Source: Streptomycetales bacterium (GTDB taxonomy: Bacteria; Actinomycetota; Actinomycetes; JBOHCZ01). Taken from it: a stretch of DNA of 24,000 nt. The translations under genes and the position numbers were made by a program. Below the pieces are notes generated by a model. It did not search any database, was not told the DNA's origin, and saw nothing but the letters and a program-made list of their open reading frames with translations. The DNA is taken from the NCBI GenBank assembly GCA_050699195.1, contig JBOHCZ010000226.1, positions 1,573 to 25,572 on the forward strand, written 5' to 3'. Shown here in pieces: positions 22,543-24,000 of this stretch (positions within the stretch are counted from its first letter, which is position 1; each line of letters starts with the position of its first letter).

Positions 22543-24000
22543 GTGAGCGGATATTCGCTCGTCAACCCCTCCTCGGGAGAACGGTTGTCCGTTAGTGTCC
22601 AAGCCATGGGAACCAGCCCCCCTGGCAACGTCTGGTTGCCTGCCGAGTACCAGGCCGCCACGGCGCAACGGACGGCAGAGCCCTGCTCCCTGCGGCTCGC
22701 CGACTCCGACGGGTGGCCGCTTGGGCATGCCTTCGACGCGATCGCCGGGCCGACCCTCATGCTGTCGGGGCCTGCGCAGCGGGTGCCCCGTTCACCGAGA
22801 CCGACACCGCGTTCCTCATGGAGGTGGCGGCCCGTGCCGCACCCGCGGTCGCCCAGGCGCGCGCCTACCACAGGGAGCGCCAGACCGCGCTGACCCTCCA
22901 GCCCGCGCTGCTTCCCCCTACCCCCGCCAGATCGCGGGTCTCGAGGTCGCCGCACGCTACGTCGCACGCGGGTCGGCGGTCGAGGTAGGTGGCGACTGGT
23001 GGGACGCCATCGACCTCGGTGCGGGGCGGGTGGGCTTCGGCGTCGGCGACGTCGCCGGGCACGGGGTGCACGCGGCCGCGATCATGGGGCAGCTCCGCAC
23101 CGCCCTGCGGACGGCCGCCAGCGCCGACCTCCCGGCCGTCGACTCACTGCGGCTGCTCGACGGCCAGCTCGCCGAGTTGCTCTCCACGGAGAGCCAGGAG
23201 GAGGGCATCGTGGAGTTCGCCACTGCCCTTTACGCCACCTTCGAACCGCACGACGGGCTCCTCAGGATCGCCGTGGCAGGGCATCTTCCGCCGCTGATCA
23301 TCACGCCCGACGGCATCTCCCGCCGCATCGACAGCGATCCCGGCGCGCCGCTCGGGCTGCACACCGGCAAGGTCGGCGAGATCGCCGTTCCGCTGCCCCC
23401 GAGGGCGACCGTCGCGCTTTCACCGACGGCCTGGTGGAGGACCGTCACACCGACATCGACGACGGGATCGACCGGCTCATCAGCAGCCTGACCCGGCAGC
23501 TGAGCGGATGCCGTCCGCTCGACGAGGTCGTCGACCGCGTTCTCGACGACCTCGATCGCAGGGCGGGACACGACGACGACGTGGCGCTGCTGCTCGTCCG
23601 GTTCACGCCTGAGGTGACGCCGGTGGCGGCCGCCGAGGTGGAGGTCACGTCGGCGGCGGAAGTCCGCAGCGCGCGGACGGCCGCCGCGGACGTCGCGGGC
23701 CGTGCCGGGCTCACCGATCTCGCGGGCACGGCGTCGCTGGTAGCCAGCGAGCTCACCACGAACGCGCTCTCGCACGCCCCGGCACCCGCGCTCCTCCGGG
23801 TGTACGCCACGCTGACCCGCCTGGTCATCGAGGTGTTCGACCCGGGTGGCCGGCTGCCCCACCGCGCGCACCCCGCAACCGACGACGAGCACGGCCGCGG
23901 CCTCGCCGTCGTCGAGCACCTGACCGACCGCTGGGGCGTACGGCTCACCGACACCGGCAAGGCCACGTGGGCCGAGCTCCGCCGCGGCGCCTCGCCCTAG
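22543..24000 (+). pseudogene. PP2C (SpoIIE-type) phosphatase fused to an RsbW-like HATPase domain, interrupted by three frameshifts
   Basis: The homologous reading passes from frame 1 (to ~22783) to frame 3, which reads FTETDTAFLMEVAARAAPAVAQARAYHRERQTALTLQPALLPP. It then passes to frame 2 from ~22922, reading IAGLEVAARY...VGGDWWDAIDL..GRVGFGVGDVAGHGVHAAAIMGQLR. It returns to frame 1 from ~23420, reading FTDGLVEDR...DDVALLLVRF...ASELTTNALSHA...EHGRGLAVV. The stop TAG is at 23998-24000. Confidence 0.75.

Noticed and set aside
20880-22967. A 695-aa ORF on the - strand, the longest in that region.
   Set aside because: It lies antisense to the well-supported FAD/BBE oxidoreductase. Its product is Arg/Gly/Pro/Val-rich low-complexity sequence with no motifs. 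It is a typical high-GC shadow ORF.
1-24000. A search for tRNA/rRNA genes, CRISPR arrays, transposases, IS inverted repeats or integrases that might flag a mobile island around the hydrogenase cluster or the TA pair.
   Set aside because: I found no cloverleaf-compatible T-arm/acceptor pattern, no regularly spaced repeat array, and no DDE or tyrosine/serine recombinase-like ORF by eye. The only repeats are the short ones reported above.

Overview
High-GC (about 70%) actinobacterial-type DNA with strong GC3 bias in the real genes. I cannot assign a taxon without a database search. The centre of the window (7.8-19.7 kb) is a [NiFe]-hydrogenase maturation and accessory cluster. It has 13 tightly packed, mostly translationally coupled + strand genes: two SIS/GmhA-like genes, a non-canonical HypC-like gene, a NifU/Rieske-like Fe-S protein, three conserved unknowns, the large-subunit endopeptidase, a YceI-like protein, and hypA, hypC, hypD and hypE. 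A convergent hypF follows on the - strand. The main anomaly is that I find no hydrogenase large or small subunit gene and no hypB anywhere in the 24 kb. Upstream lie a truncated MFS transporter, a gene-poor 1.1 kb stretch with a MEDS-domain remnant, a STAS anti-sigma antagonist, an LCP (LytR-CpsA-Psr) protein, three secreted proteins (Cys-motif repeat protein, CHRD-like protein with EF-hand loops, S1 serine protease) and a small conserved unknown. Downstream lie a MazEF-type toxin-antitoxin pair directly upstream of hypF, an FmdB zinc-ribbon protein, an FAD/BBE-type oxidoreductase and a triple-frameshifted PP2C(SpoIIE)-HATPase gene that stops at the window edge. I saw no rRNA, tRNA, CRISPR array or recognisable transposase. 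All function calls come from motif recognition in the supplied translations, not from searches.
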